Assembly (NCBI GenBank): GCA_001783805.1
Contig: MFNS01000001.1
Coordinates: 342,921-406,920, forward strand
DNA: 64,000 nt
From: Candidatus Levybacteria bacterium RIFCSPHIGHO2_01_FULL_40_16
Lineage (GTDB): Bacteria > Patescibacteriota > Microgenomatia > Levybacterales > UBA12049
Reading direction: 5' to 3'
Part shown: positions 37,270 to 46,449 of the stretch, in pieces
How positions within the stretch are numbered: the stretch's first letter is position 1
How the letters are laid out: the number at the start of each line of letters is the position of its first letter
Made by a program: the position numbers and the translations under genes
The notes under the pieces: generated by a model
Seen by the model: the letters and a program-made list of their open reading frames with translations, nothing else
Databases searched by the model: none
What the model was told of the DNA's origin: nothing

Positions 37270-38504
37270 GCCTTAAACTTCTTAATAATTTCTTCCAGCC
37301 CCAATAATTCTGATTTGGCGGATTTTCTTTCTTTAAATTCAATCTTACCTTCATTTCTTTTACTGACTACCAAACGGATTGGAATTCCGATTAAGTCGGC
37401 GTCTGCGAACTTGGCTCCCGGCGCCGCATCTTCCCTATCATCATACAAAACATCGAGTCCTGCCTTTTTCAAACTATCATAAGCCTCATCCGTTCTTTCC
37501 TTGATTCTTGATTCATTATTCGTAATTCCGATCAAATAGACATCATGCGGAGCAACTTCTTTTGGCCAGATAATTCCTTTTGCATCATTGTGTACTTCCG
37601 CAATCGCCCCCATTACTCTGGAAATGCCGATTCCGTAACAACCCATGATCACGGGGATATCCTTTCCTTCTTTATTTTTGTATGTTAATCCAAAAGCATC
37701 GGAAAATTTCGTACCCAGCGGAAAAATATTGCCAACTTCAATTGCCTTGGATTTTTTCAAAGGCCCGTGCCCCAACCTACACGCTTCTCCTTCTTTGACG
37801 GGACTTACTTCCGCATTTGCGCTAAAATCTCCCTTGGGACAATAAATAATTTCATCTTCTCCCGCATCCGTAATTACCTGGTACTCATGAGAAAACTGGC
37901 TGAACGTTCCTCCTCCCGCCAGAGTTTCTAGCGCATCAAGCCCTAATCTTTCAAAAACTTTTTTGTAGGTTTTTTTCATAATCTCATAAAACTTATTGAA
38001 ATCTTTCTCTTGAGCATGAAAAGAGTACAAGTCTTTCATCAAAAATTCCCGGCCGCGAAGTAACCCGCTTTTGGCCCGTTTTTCATCTCTAAATTTTGTC
38101 TGAATCTGATAAAGATATAGAGGTAAATCTTTGTAGGAGCTGACAAACTGTTTTACCAAGGGAACTATTACTTCTTCGTGCGTTGGCCCTAACGGATATT
38201 CTGTCTCAAGCTGAGTTTTAGCTTTCATCAATGCCCGGAATGTTTTCCACCTGCCGGTTTTTTGCCAGGATTCTTTATTTTGTAAAGCGGTTAATGACAA
38301 TTCCTGACCTCCGATAGCATTCATTTCCTCCCGAACAATATCGGCGATTTTCTTAAGAACTTTTAGTCCTAGCGGTAGAAAATTGTAAACTCCGGAAACT
38401 TCCCTGCGGATAAATCCGCTGCGAGTTAAGAGCTTGGAATTTTTACTTACCTCATCTTTCGGCGCGTCTTTGATTGTCTTTCCGAATAAAGCTGAGTACC
38501 GCAT
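37266..38504 (-). CDS. proS: proline--tRNA ligase (short form)
   Basis: Class II aaRS motifs and ProRS-specific regions; C-terminal anticodon-binding domain. Confidence 0.9.
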   Translation of the reverse strand: MRYSALFGKTIKDAPKDEVSKNSKLLTRSGFIRREVSGVYNFLPLGLKVLKKIADIVREEMNAIGGQELSLTALQNKESWQKTGRWKTFRALMKAKTQLETEYPLGPTHEEVIVPLVKQFVSSYKDLPLYLYQIQTKFRDEKRAKSGLLRGREFLMKDLYSFHAQEKDFNKFYEIMKKTYKKVFERLGLDALETLAGGGTFSQFSHEYQVITDAGEDEIIYCPKGDFSANAEVSPVKEGEACRLGHGPLKKSKAIEVGNIFPLGTKFSDAFGLTYKNKEGKDIPVIMGCYGIGISRVMGAIAEVHNDAKGIIWPKEVAPHDVYLIGITNNESRIKERTDEAYDSLKKAGLDVLYDDREDAAPGAKFADADLIGIPIRLVVSKRNEGKIEFKERKSAKSELLGLEEIIKKFKA

Positions 38505-38550
38505 AAATTTAGTATAACACGTATTCTTCCTTTTTTTCCAGATGATTACG

Positions 38551-39462
38551 TTATTTTTTCTTGACTTCTTTACTTTGAGCTAGGCGAATGGGGTGGCCGC
38601 CGAAGGCATTTCGCAGAGCCGCTATTAACTTTGCTGTGAAGGATTTTTGAATCTTTGGATTTGTTTGAGATCTTCTCCGATACTCAAGCGAACGCTCAAT
38701 AATTTCAACATCAACACCTTCTTCTTTGGCCTGTTCAATTGTCCATCCGGCTTCTCCCGATTCCGCAATAATCCCGACAATATCTGCTAACTTAGGGTCA
38801 TTTTCCAAAGCCTCTTTGGCCCGATCCAGCATGAATCCGGAAACTAAAGTTCCTTTTTGCCATAATTTAGCCACCTTAACTAAGTCGAAATTGTATTCTG
38901 CTTTTTGCAGAACTTCGAATCCCTCACCCAAAGATTGCATTATTCCATACTCAATTCCGTTGTGAACCATTTTGACAAAATGTCCTGCCCCTCCTGTTCC
39001 AAAATATTCGTGCCCGCCCTGGGGCTTTGCCAATGAATCTAAAATTGGTTTTATAAATTCATACGCGCTTTTGTCTCCGCCGACCATCAGCGGGTACCCG
39101 TTTTCAAAAGCAATAACGCCACCTGAAACTCCAATTCCCAGATATCTTATCCCTTTATTCTTAAAATCTTTAAATCTTTTTTCCGTATCTTTGAAATTAG
39201 AATTTCCCCCATCAATTACAATGTCTCCTTTGCTTACAAACTTTGATACCTCATCCAAAACATTTTGCGTCGCTTCCCCCGCCGGCACCATCGACCAAAT
39301 GATCCGCGGAGATTTTAAACTTTTTACCAATTTCTCAATGGTTGCTGCTGTTTTCAATTCGTGTTCCGACCGATTCCACACCACGACTTCGTGTCCTTCT
39401 TTTTGAAGCTTAATCACCATGCGTAATCCCATTTTCCCAAGACCTATAAAACCTAATGTCAT
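38551..39462 (-). CDS. gnd: 6-phosphogluconate dehydrogenase (short YqeC-like form)
   Basis: N-terminal GLGKMGLRM Rossmann motif; 6PGD C-terminal helical domain. Confidence 0.85.
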   Translation of the reverse strand: MTLGFIGLGKMGLRMVIKLQKEGHEVVVWNRSEHELKTAATIEKLVKSLKSPRIIWSMVPAGEATQNVLDEVSKFVSKGDIVIDGGNSNFKDTEKRFKDFKNKGIRYLGIGVSGGVIAFENGYPLMVGGDKSAYEFIKPILDSLAKPQGGHEYFGTGGAGHFVKMVHNGIEYGIMQSLGEGFEVLQKAEYNFDLVKVAKLWQKGTLVSGFMLDRAKEALENDPKLADIVGIIAESGEAGWTIEQAKEEGVDVEIIERSLEYRRRSQTNPKIQKSFTAKLIAALRNAFGGHPIRLAQSKEVKKK

Positions 39463-39701
39463 AGTCTTATTTTATTCTACTTAAATTTCCATGTAAAATA
39501 AATGCCTGCATTATTCTAATCTCTTGAGCCCACCGCTCTTTTCCAAAATGGGGAATGTTATTCATATATCTTTAATAAAACTCATGCTCCCGCAAATCAT
39601 TATTTTCATAACTTTATTCTTTCTTATTAGCAACTTTTAATTATTAATTATTCGGTAAATTACTAAATATTAATTAATATTAATTAGCTGTACAAAAGTT
39701 G

Positions 39702-39721
39702 GCTGCTATGTAGCAGCGAAC
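39702..39721. repeat. copy 1 of palindromic repeat GCTGCTATGTAGCAGCGAAC, 3' flank of the trpR-like gene
   Basis: Identical to the core of the copy at 40287-40310. Confidence 0.8.
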
Positions 39722-39732
39722 TTTATACCAGC

Positions 39733-40266
39733 TTAGCGACCGAGAAATTTTCCAATCCTTTTATGCAGTTCACTTTTTTCTTCCAGTCGATCTAAAACAT
39801 TTTTTATTTTGTCTTTTTGCCTTTGACTTGCGCTTTTTATTACCTGCTCAAGCAATAATTCCGGCCAAAAGTATAACGAATAACGCCTCTTGAAATTATC
39901 CCAGTCCGAAATTTCTTCCCAAGAATTCTGGGTTACTTGTTTGGGCAAATTGCTGATAATTTTCCTGAAACCCCCTCCTCTTTCCGAAAGCCATACGGCG
40001 ATTTTAGCTATTGTAGTATGCCCCACATGAAGATCTTGTTCGATTTCCCTGTAATCCATTCCCTTTATAAGTAGCTTTGCAATGCGTAGTCGCTTCGCAA
40101 GCATCTTGATTTCCGATTTCGTCAGCAAATCCTGAAGAAAGAGAGCCGCATCCCCGATACTTTTTGTGGAAACTATGGCATTGACCAAGTCCATAACTAA
40201 ATCTTCGTGATCCTTCTTAGTCAATTTATCCAAGCGTTTATGTTTTTCTAAATAAAGTTTCTTCAT
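39733..40266 (-). CDS. TrpR-like YerC/YecD-family DNA-binding protein
   Basis: C-terminal HTH (MDYREIEQDLHVGHTTIAKI); similar to the trp-repressor-like YerC family. Confidence 0.6.
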   Translation of the reverse strand: MKKLYLEKHKRLDKLTKKDHEDLVMDLVNAIVSTKSIGDAALFLQDLLTKSEIKMLAKRLRIAKLLIKGMDYREIEQDLHVGHTTIAKIAVWLSERGGGFRKIISNLPKQVTQNSWEEISDWDNFKRRYSLYFWPELLLEQVIKSASQRQKDKIKNVLDRLEEKSELHKRIGKFLGR

Positions 40267-40275
40267 AGCTATATT

Positions 40276-41154
40276 TTACTGCAATAGTTCGCTGCTATGT
40301 AGCAGCGAACTTACTACATAACTTTTATATTGCATATGTTTCAGGAAGAATTCAGCTGTTGCTTTGTCTGCCTGTTCTGCGTGTTTTGAATTATCGTGAA
40401 ATCCGTGTTCCCCGCCTTCAATAGTAATTAATTTCGCATTCTTAAAAAGCTTAGAATACTTAACAGAATCAGAATATGGAATATAAGAATCTTTGTCCCC
40501 GTGAATAAAGAGAATTGGATTATTAATACCTACAAGTCCTTTCCATGGCTCAAGAATTTTGATTTCATCCATAAGGTTTTTCCCAACGTTAAACCCCTTA
40601 CTTCCTATTTCTGTGAATCCAAACTTTTCTGCCCTGTCAAACGCCGGTTTCCCAAAGTATTTCTTTCCCCAAGGAGTAACGGGCGTAATCTTTGAACTAT
40701 AATCAATTCCTGCATTCCATAGGACAAGCGCTTTTACCAATTCTGAATGTTTTGAAGTGAATAAGGAAACTGCTCCGCCTCCAAAACTTGCCCCCAGAAT
40801 CCCAAACTCCCTATATTCTTTTTCCTGAAGAAATTTAATTGCTGATTCCAAATCTTCCATCTCTTTTGTAATCGTCATATCAATGCTTTTACCTTCGCTT
40901 TCACCTTGTCCACGGAAATCAAAACGGAAAACGGCAAATCCCACATCTGTTAATTTTTTAGCGAGCTGGGTAAAAACTCCATCCTCTTCTTTGTCAACAT
41001 TTCCTATTCCGTGACAAAGAATGATGCACTTATCGGTTTTTTGTTTGGGAGTTGACAAGATTCCGCAGAGTTTTAATCCGTCAGAAGTGTCAAAAAAAAC
41101 TTTTTCTTCCATGATTTTTAGATTTGGCAGAAGGCAGGATATGGTTCCAGCCAT
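40276..41154 (-). CDS. alpha/beta hydrolase (S9/dienelactone-hydrolase-like)
   Basis: GxSxG GASFGGG; the last 11 codons are encoded by the palindromic repeat copy 2. Confidence 0.75.
   Translation of the reverse strand: MAGTISCLLPNLKIMEEKVFFDTSDGLKLCGILSTPKQKTDKCIILCHGIGNVDKEEDGVFTQLAKKLTDVGFAVFRFDFRGQGESEGKSIDMTITKEMEDLESAIKFLQEKEYREFGILGASFGGGAVSLFTSKHSELVKALVLWNAGIDYSSKITPVTPWGKKYFGKPAFDRAEKFGFTEIGSKGFNVGKNLMDEIKILEPWKGLVGINNPILFIHGDKDSYIPYSDSVKYSKLFKNAKLITIEGGEHGFHDNSKHAEQADKATAEFFLKHMQYKSYVVSSLLHSSELLQ
40287..40310. repeat. copy 2 of the perfect 24-bp palindrome GTTCGCTGCTATGTAGCAGCGAAC, 5' flank of the trpR-like gene
   Basis: Perfect palindrome overlapping the 3' end of the hydrolase CDS. 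Confidence 0.8.
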
Positions 41155-42578
41155 TTCCGGCCGTCTTTCTCGATTAAAGCAAACGCTTCTTTTGGTCCCC
41201 AGCTTCCCGCCTTGTAAAATCTCGTAGGCGTTCTGTTTTTCGACAAAGAGTCAATAAATCTCCATTGCGCTTCCACTTCTTTGGAAATATTGAAAAAAGT
41301 ATGTCTTCCTGCAAAAACATCCTGCACTAATTTCTCGTAAGCATCGAATGCCTCTCCCGGAAAATAATGCTTGTAACAAAACTGCATGTAAGTTGGTTCA
41401 ACTTTTATTTCAAGGCCCGGTTTTTTGGTGAAAAGTTTTACCGCAATCCCCTCGTTGGGCTGAACCCTGATTGTCAAAACATTTCGATATGGATCTTTCC
41501 CTTTGAAGACATAAGAGATTTCCGTAAGCCACATCGCCATCTGTTTACCTGCTCGGATATAAACAGGCACATTTTTAAATCTTTCATTATTAACATTAAC
41601 CTTCATCGCAAAGAAAGTATCCGTCTGCGAATCTTTGGGAACCGAAGCTTCCTGCCGATAGGCAATCGCATCTTTTCCATGTACAACTCCTGCCGCATAT
41701 TGCCCATAAACAATATCTTTAGGATTTGCCGTAAGACTTTTTACTAATTTTATTCTCTCCCCAATCATGGCTTCATCACTATCATCTTTCGGTTGTTCCA
41801 TAGTTGCAATCGCCAGCATTTGCAGAATATGATTTTGCCCAACATCTTTTAATGCTCCTGTTGCATTATAAAATTTTCCTCTCTTGGCAATACTGAAATC
41901 TTCAGATGAAGTGATTTGAATATGATCAAGATTATTGCCGTTTAGCATCGGCTCAAAAATATTATTCTTGAATCTGAATACCAAAACATTTTCCAAAGTC
42001 TCTTTCCCCAAATAGTGATCCAGCCTAAATATTTGATCCTCCGTAAACGTTGAGGTGATAATCTTATCTAGTTTTTTTGCAGACGCCTCATCTTCTCCAA
42101 TTGGTTTTTCGATAACAACCCTCGCCCACCCGCAAGGACTTTTATTTAATCTACTTTTCTTGATATTGGCAAAAACTGTTTGATATAAAGATTGAGGAAC
42201 GCCGGCGTAAAAAAGCCTGTTCCCGCATGGCAAACCTTCCTTAACCAGCTTATCCAGATATTTTGAAAGACCAGTATAAAAATTGGGGTCAGTATTGTCA
42301 CCTTGATAAAAGTACATGTGTTTTTCCAGACTCTTAAATATGGCATTTTCTACCGAGTGCTTGTGGTGTCGGTTATCTGAAGTAAGGGAATGTTCAAAAA
42401 AGTTATAAAATTCCTCTTGCGTATATTTTCGCCCCGTTGCAATAATTGCGTAATCTTCCGGAAGATGACCTTTTTCGGCAATATCATACAAAGCGGGGTA
42501 AATTTTTTGATACGAAAGATCTCCGGATCCACCAAAGATAATTAACGCAAATGGTCCGCTTTCTTTTGAATAGATCAT
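41118..42578 (-). CDS. zwf: glucose-6-phosphate 1-dehydrogenase
   Basis: N-terminal GxxGDLS NADP motif; RIDHYLGKE active-site motif. Confidence 0.9.
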   Translation of the reverse strand: MIYSKESGPFALIIFGGSGDLSYQKIYPALYDIAEKGHLPEDYAIIATGRKYTQEEFYNFFEHSLTSDNRHHKHSVENAIFKSLEKHMYFYQGDNTDPNFYTGLSKYLDKLVKEGLPCGNRLFYAGVPQSLYQTVFANIKKSRLNKSPCGWARVVIEKPIGEDEASAKKLDKIITSTFTEDQIFRLDHYLGKETLENVLVFRFKNNIFEPMLNGNNLDHIQITSSEDFSIAKRGKFYNATGALKDVGQNHILQMLAIATMEQPKDDSDEAMIGERIKLVKSLTANPKDIVYGQYAAGVVHGKDAIAYRQEASVPKDSQTDTFFAMKVNVNNERFKNVPVYIRAGKQMAMWLTEISYVFKGKDPYRNVLTIRVQPNEGIAVKLFTKKPGLEIKVEPTYMQFCYKHYFPGEAFDAYEKLVQDVFAGRHTFFNISKEVEAQWRFIDSLSKNRTPTRFYKAGSWGPKEAFALIEKDGRKWLEPYPAFCQI

Positions 42579-42595
42579 AAATTTATTATAACAAA

Positions 42596-43774
42596 TTAAT
42601 GCCCCGCAAAAAGCTTAACTACGTCTTTAAAAGTAATTAGAACCATTAGCATCAGTAAGGCAATCATTCCTATTGTATGGGTAATCGATTCTACCCGCGG
42701 ATTGACTTTTTTGCCAGTGAATACTTCTATCAGAATAAAAAATAATCTTCCTCCATCAAGCGCCGGAATCGGCAAAACATTGAAAAAAGCTAAGGAGATT
42801 GACAAAATACCTGCCAGATTAAGAAGCCCAAGTATTTTTTCTTTTAGATTTTGTATTTCCAATATGCCTCCCGTTATGGACGCAATACCAACAGGTCCGG
42901 ATATACCTTCACTTAAAGGCTTTGTTGTTTTTTTCTCCCAAGAAACTTTAACAAGATTTCCTATAACATTTAAATTGTAGCCCATCAAATTGATCGGGTG
43001 GACAATCCCTGAGAAAATTCTTTGAACGGGAGTTTCATAATTAAGAACTGCTGTTGATATTGAAAAAAGTCCCACTCCCAGTGCTCCTTCCCGAGGGGGA
43101 GGAGAAATTCGGGGCGTTACTTTGGTTTTGTGGATTTCATTGGTCTGCAGAGTACTCCAAGTAATTTCAATTTCTTTCCCCTTATTCAAACCAACAATAT
43201 CTATAAATCCTTTTGAATCTTTTATTTTTTGCCCATTAACAGCGATGACTTTTGTTGGAACTTTTAGCCCCTGTTTTTCTGCTGGAGAATTTTTGGCAAT
43301 AGAAGAAATTATTACCTCTTGAACATTCGTCTGATTTACTCCAAAAAATTTATAATCCGAAAGAAGAGGCAAATCTGTTTTAAATCCCGACATTCCCAGA
43401 AAGATGTAGAAAATAATTGCGGCCAAAACCGCATTCATCACTACCCCTGCCACAATTACAATTGCTCTTTGCCAAGTTTTTTTTGCAAAAAACGCTCTAT
43501 TTTTATCCTTAATCCTTAATCCTTCATCCTTAATCTTTATTCTTCCTGCTCCTGCTTCGTCCTCTCCGTACAATTTCACAAATCCCCCAATTGGCAGCCA
43601 GTTGATTGAATAAATAGTTTCGCCTTTTTTGAAACTAAACATCCGCGGAGGAAAACCAAAACCAAATTCTTCCACCAGAATTCCGAATTTTTTAGCCACA
43701 AAAAAATGACCGGCCTCATGAATGAGAACTAGAACTGAAAGTAAAAGTAGGAAAACTAAAATTGTTATTATCAT
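42596..43774 (-). CDS. rseP: RIP metalloprotease RseP (site-2 protease, M50)
   Basis: HEAGHF zinc motif in TM1; PDZ domain; LDG motif in the last TM. Contains an in-frame heptad-repeat element. Confidence 0.9.
   Translation of the reverse strand: MIITILVFLLLLSVLVLIHEAGHFFVAKKFGILVEEFGFGFPPRMFSFKKGETIYSINWLPIGGFVKLYGEDEAGAGRIKIKDEGLRIKDKNRAFFAKKTWQRAIVIVAGVVMNAVLAAIIFYIFLGMSGFKTDLPLLSDYKFFGVNQTNVQEVIISSIAKNSPAEKQGLKVPTKVIAVNGQKIKDSKGFIDIVGLNKGKEIEITWSTLQTNEIHKTKVTPRISPPPREGALGVGLFSISTAVLNYETPVQRIFSGIVHPINLMGYNLNVIGNLVKVSWEKKTTKPLSEGISGPVGIASITGGILEIQNLKEKILGLLNLAGILSISLAFFNVLPIPALDGGRLFFILIEVFTGKKVNPRVESITHTIGMIALLMLMVLITFKDVVKLFAGH
43505..43546. repeat. heptad tandem-repeat element (ATCCTTA)x4 plus ATCTTTATTCTTCC, in frame inside rseP
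   Basis: Direct reading; encodes GRIKIKDEGLRIKDK. Related to the element in folC at 60474-60509. Confidence 0.75.
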
Positions 43775-43811
43775 AAGCGGAAGGGATTACTTCTGACAGG
43801 ACCCCGCAAAA

Positions 43812-44372
43812 CTAAATCTGCATTAACTCTGCTTCTTTTTTTCTCCCCATTTCGTCAACCGGAAGCATAATCTGATCGGTTATTTTTTGAATTTCCTGAT
43901 CTATTCCGTACATTTGTTCTTCAGAAATTTCCTTATTATTGTGTTGTTTTCGGACAATATTTCTCGCATCTTGCCTAATCTGGCGGATTGCAATTCTGCC
44001 ATTTTCTAACTTTTGCTTCATGAGTTTTATCAATTCTCCTCTTCTTTCTTGAGATAATGGCGGAATTGAAATTCTGATCACATTTCCGTCGGACGACGGA
44101 GTTAAGCCGATATTAGCCTCCATGATTCCTTTTTGGATTTCGCCGGTAATTGAGCCGTCAAATGGCTGAAGGACCAAAGTCTGGGGGTCGGATGCGGAAA
44201 TCGTCGCCAGCTCTTTGATTCTCAATCTTTGTGCGCCGGCATAAACGCTAACTACAACATTTTCAACCAAAGATGGCATGGCCCGGCCGGTTCTGACAGT
44301 TGAGAGGTCTTCCTGTAAAGCCATTAATGCTTTCTGCATTCTGGCCCTCATTTGTGAAACCGTATCATCCAT
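43812..44372 (-). CDS. frr: ribosome recycling factor
   Basis: Full-length RRF sequence. Confidence 0.95.
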   Translation of the reverse strand: MDDTVSQMRARMQKALMALQEDLSTVRTGRAMPSLVENVVVSVYAGAQRLRIKELATISASDPQTLVLQPFDGSITGEIQKGIMEANIGLTPSSDGNVIRISIPPLSQERRGELIKLMKQKLENGRIAIRQIRQDARNIVRKQHNNKEISEEQMYGIDQEIQKITDQIMLPVDEMGRKKEAELMQI

Positions 44373-44378
44373 AAAAAG

Positions 44379-44834
44379 TTATTCTCCAATTTCAAATCTT
44401 TGGAGTCGTTTGACCACAATGTTTTCGCCTAATTTTGCAATTGCTTCTTTTACCAAATTTCCTATGGTTCTGGAACCGTCGCGGATATACTCTTGCGCTA
44501 ATAAGGCTTTTACATCCTTCGGATTCATAGCAGCCACCTGCATACATATTTCGTGTACAAGATCTTTAAATATGTCTGTACGGGCGACAAAATCAGTCTC
44601 GCATAAAACCTCTACCAGTACTCCAACCCGGCCATTTTGATGGATATACGATTCAATCAACCCCTGAGAGGTTACCCGGTCGGATTTTTTCGCGGCCTTT
44701 TCCAAACCATTTTTCTTGAGCCAATCCAAGGCTTTCTTATAATCATTCTTTGTTTCTTCCAAAGCTTTCCTACAATCCGCAAGGGAGACCGAAGTCTCAT
44801 TCCGAAGTTTTTTGAGAAGTTTTATGTCTATCAT
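44379..44834 (-). CDS. tsf: elongation factor Ts (short form)
   Basis: N-terminal UBA-like TGAGMMDCKKAL-type region; follows rpsB. Confidence 0.85.
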   Translation of the reverse strand: MIDIKLLKKLRNETSVSLADCRKALEETKNDYKKALDWLKKNGLEKAAKKSDRVTSQGLIESYIHQNGRVGVLVEVLCETDFVARTDIFKDLVHEICMQVAAMNPKDVKALLAQEYIRDGSRTIGNLVKEAIAKLGENIVVKRLQRFEIGE

Positions 44835-44854
44835 ACGAAATTAATAATTAATAA

Positions 44855-45739
44855 TTAAGACTTTTTACTTTTTGTTTTTGTTTTTGCTTCTTTTTCAGCT
44901 TTCTTCTTTGGCTCGCCGGAGCCTTTGGCGGAGGCGGCTGCAGCCCTGGCCGCTTCTTTTTCTGCCTTAATCTTGGCTTTCTCCGCTTCTACCGCTGTCT
45001 TTTTTACTTCTTCTTCTCTAATCCTGATTCCTTCTTTTCTTCCTTCAATCCAAGCGTCAATAATGTAAGAGACTATTAATTTAATCGAACCAACCGCGTC
45101 GTCGTTGGCCGGAATCGGATAATCGATAATTGACGGGTCCGCATTGGTATCAACCAGAGCGACTGTCGGAACATGGGTTACCAAAGCCTCCCTAACTGCC
45201 AAATTTTCCAAGTGAGAATCAATTATGAAGAGGCAATCTGGCTTTTTGGTAATTTTCGCAACTCCGCCATAAAGATTCTCCAATTTGTTTTTTTCTTTTT
45301 CCCATCCGCCGACTTCTTTTTTTGTGTACCTTGATTTTACTTCGTCATCTTGTAAATCGGTGACGAAATCCGCGTATTTCTTAAAATTCTTGGAGACTTC
45401 CTGAAAATTCGTCAAAAGTCCGCCCACCCAACGGTTGGTAATGTAGAAAAGGTTCTCGCCTGAATTCTCACCTGCAGAAGCCCTTTTTACTTCCTCCTCA
45501 ACTATTGTTCTGGCTTGTCTTTTCGTACCAACAATAACCAGTACGCCGTTTTTGGCGGCTAAATCTCGGATAAAGGCAGCGGCCTCTTCCAAGCCTGCCT
45601 TTGTTTTGGCAAGATCAATAATGTGAATGTTATCACGGGCTTCAAAAATAAAATCCCGGGCTTTGGGGTTACTGCGGGTGACTTGGTGGCCAAAATGGCA
45701 ACCGGCTTCCAATAATTCTTCCAGCGTAATTTCTCTCAT
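44855..45739 (-). CDS. rpsB: 30S ribosomal protein S2 with Lys/Ala-rich C-terminal extension
   Basis: Conserved S2 core; the C-terminal tail includes the family-1 in-frame element. Confidence 0.95.
   Translation of the reverse strand: MREITLEELLEAGCHFGHQVTRSNPKARDFIFEARDNIHIIDLAKTKAGLEEAAAFIRDLAAKNGVLVIVGTKRQARTIVEEEVKRASAGENSGENLFYITNRWVGGLLTNFQEVSKNFKKYADFVTDLQDDEVKSRYTKKEVGGWEKEKNKLENLYGGVAKITKKPDCLFIIDSHLENLAVREALVTHVPTVALVDTNADPSIIDYPIPANDDAVGSIKLIVSYIIDAWIEGRKEGIRIREEEVKKTAVEAEKAKIKAEKEAARAAAASAKGSGEPKKKAEKEAKTKTKSKKS
44905..44940. repeat. GC-rich element, family 1 (TCTTTGGCTCGCCGGAGCCTTTGGCGGAGGCGGCTG), in frame in the rpsB tail
   Basis: Near-identical copies at 25398-25434 and 52246-52281; encodes AAASAKGSGEPK. 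Confidence 0.8.
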
Positions 45740-45984
45740 ATTAAAGTCTTTACCCGACTTAAATCGCTCTGTGAGGCGTGAACGAATAGTTCCTAAAGCC
45801 GAACAGCAAGATTAGGCGGGCTTCCTCCATTCAGCAATTTTAACAAGACTTAGCGCTGAATGTGTGCTGTGTCCCGTATGCACGCTCTTGTGAGGCGAGG
45901 ATGTAAACCTCGCGAACTAGTAAGTGTCATTCGGGATGATTTGGAAATTATAGCAAAGGTTGAGATTAAAAACAAGAGCAGAAT
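45740..45984 (-). promoter_or_regulatory. GC-enriched structured 5' leader and promoter of the rpsB-tsf operon
   Basis: TTGCTATAAT -10 on the minus strand (plus 45947-45956); ~190-nt leader with direct repeats GCCTCACA(A)GAGCG x2 and several hairpins; RBS before the rpsB ATG. Confidence 0.4.
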
Positions 45985-46308
45985 TTACTTAGCCTTAACC
46001 TCAGATGGGTACTTCCTTAAGAGTGATTTTATGGGTCCCCCAACCCAGTCTTCTGCTGTTATATGCAAAGGAGCATAACGTAATCTACCATTTTCAGCTC
46101 TTGAAACTTTATTATATAAAACTTTTTCGCCCACAATCTTAAACACTTCTACTGTTGGGGGAAATTCGGCATCAGCTTTTTTAATCTGGCCTGATCTGGC
46201 ATTCTTCACTATTTTCCTAACGCTTTTAAGAGTCAACGGTCTTTTATACTCGACGCCCCCTATATCTACGGTTTTTGCTACAACAACTTTTTCTTCCTCC
46301 TTAGCCAT
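45985..46308 (-). CDS. hypothetical protein (weak resemblance to ribosomal protein L19)
   Basis: 107-aa basic protein; no secure motif. Confidence 0.4.
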   Translation of the reverse strand: MAKEEEKVVVAKTVDIGGVEYKRPLTLKSVRKIVKNARSGQIKKADAEFPPTVEVFKIVGEKVLYNKVSRAENGRLRYAPLHITAEDWVGGPIKSLLRKYPSEVKAK

Positions 46309-46449
46309 AATCTGAATAAATAACTAGCTGTTTATATTATTTCTCCCTTCATTTGTCAAGCGCTCGATAATTTCCTTATCAAACAACTTAAAAATATTTA
46401 TATTGCAAAAAATATTTTCGTATGATATTCTTGTGCAATTAAATGCCAT

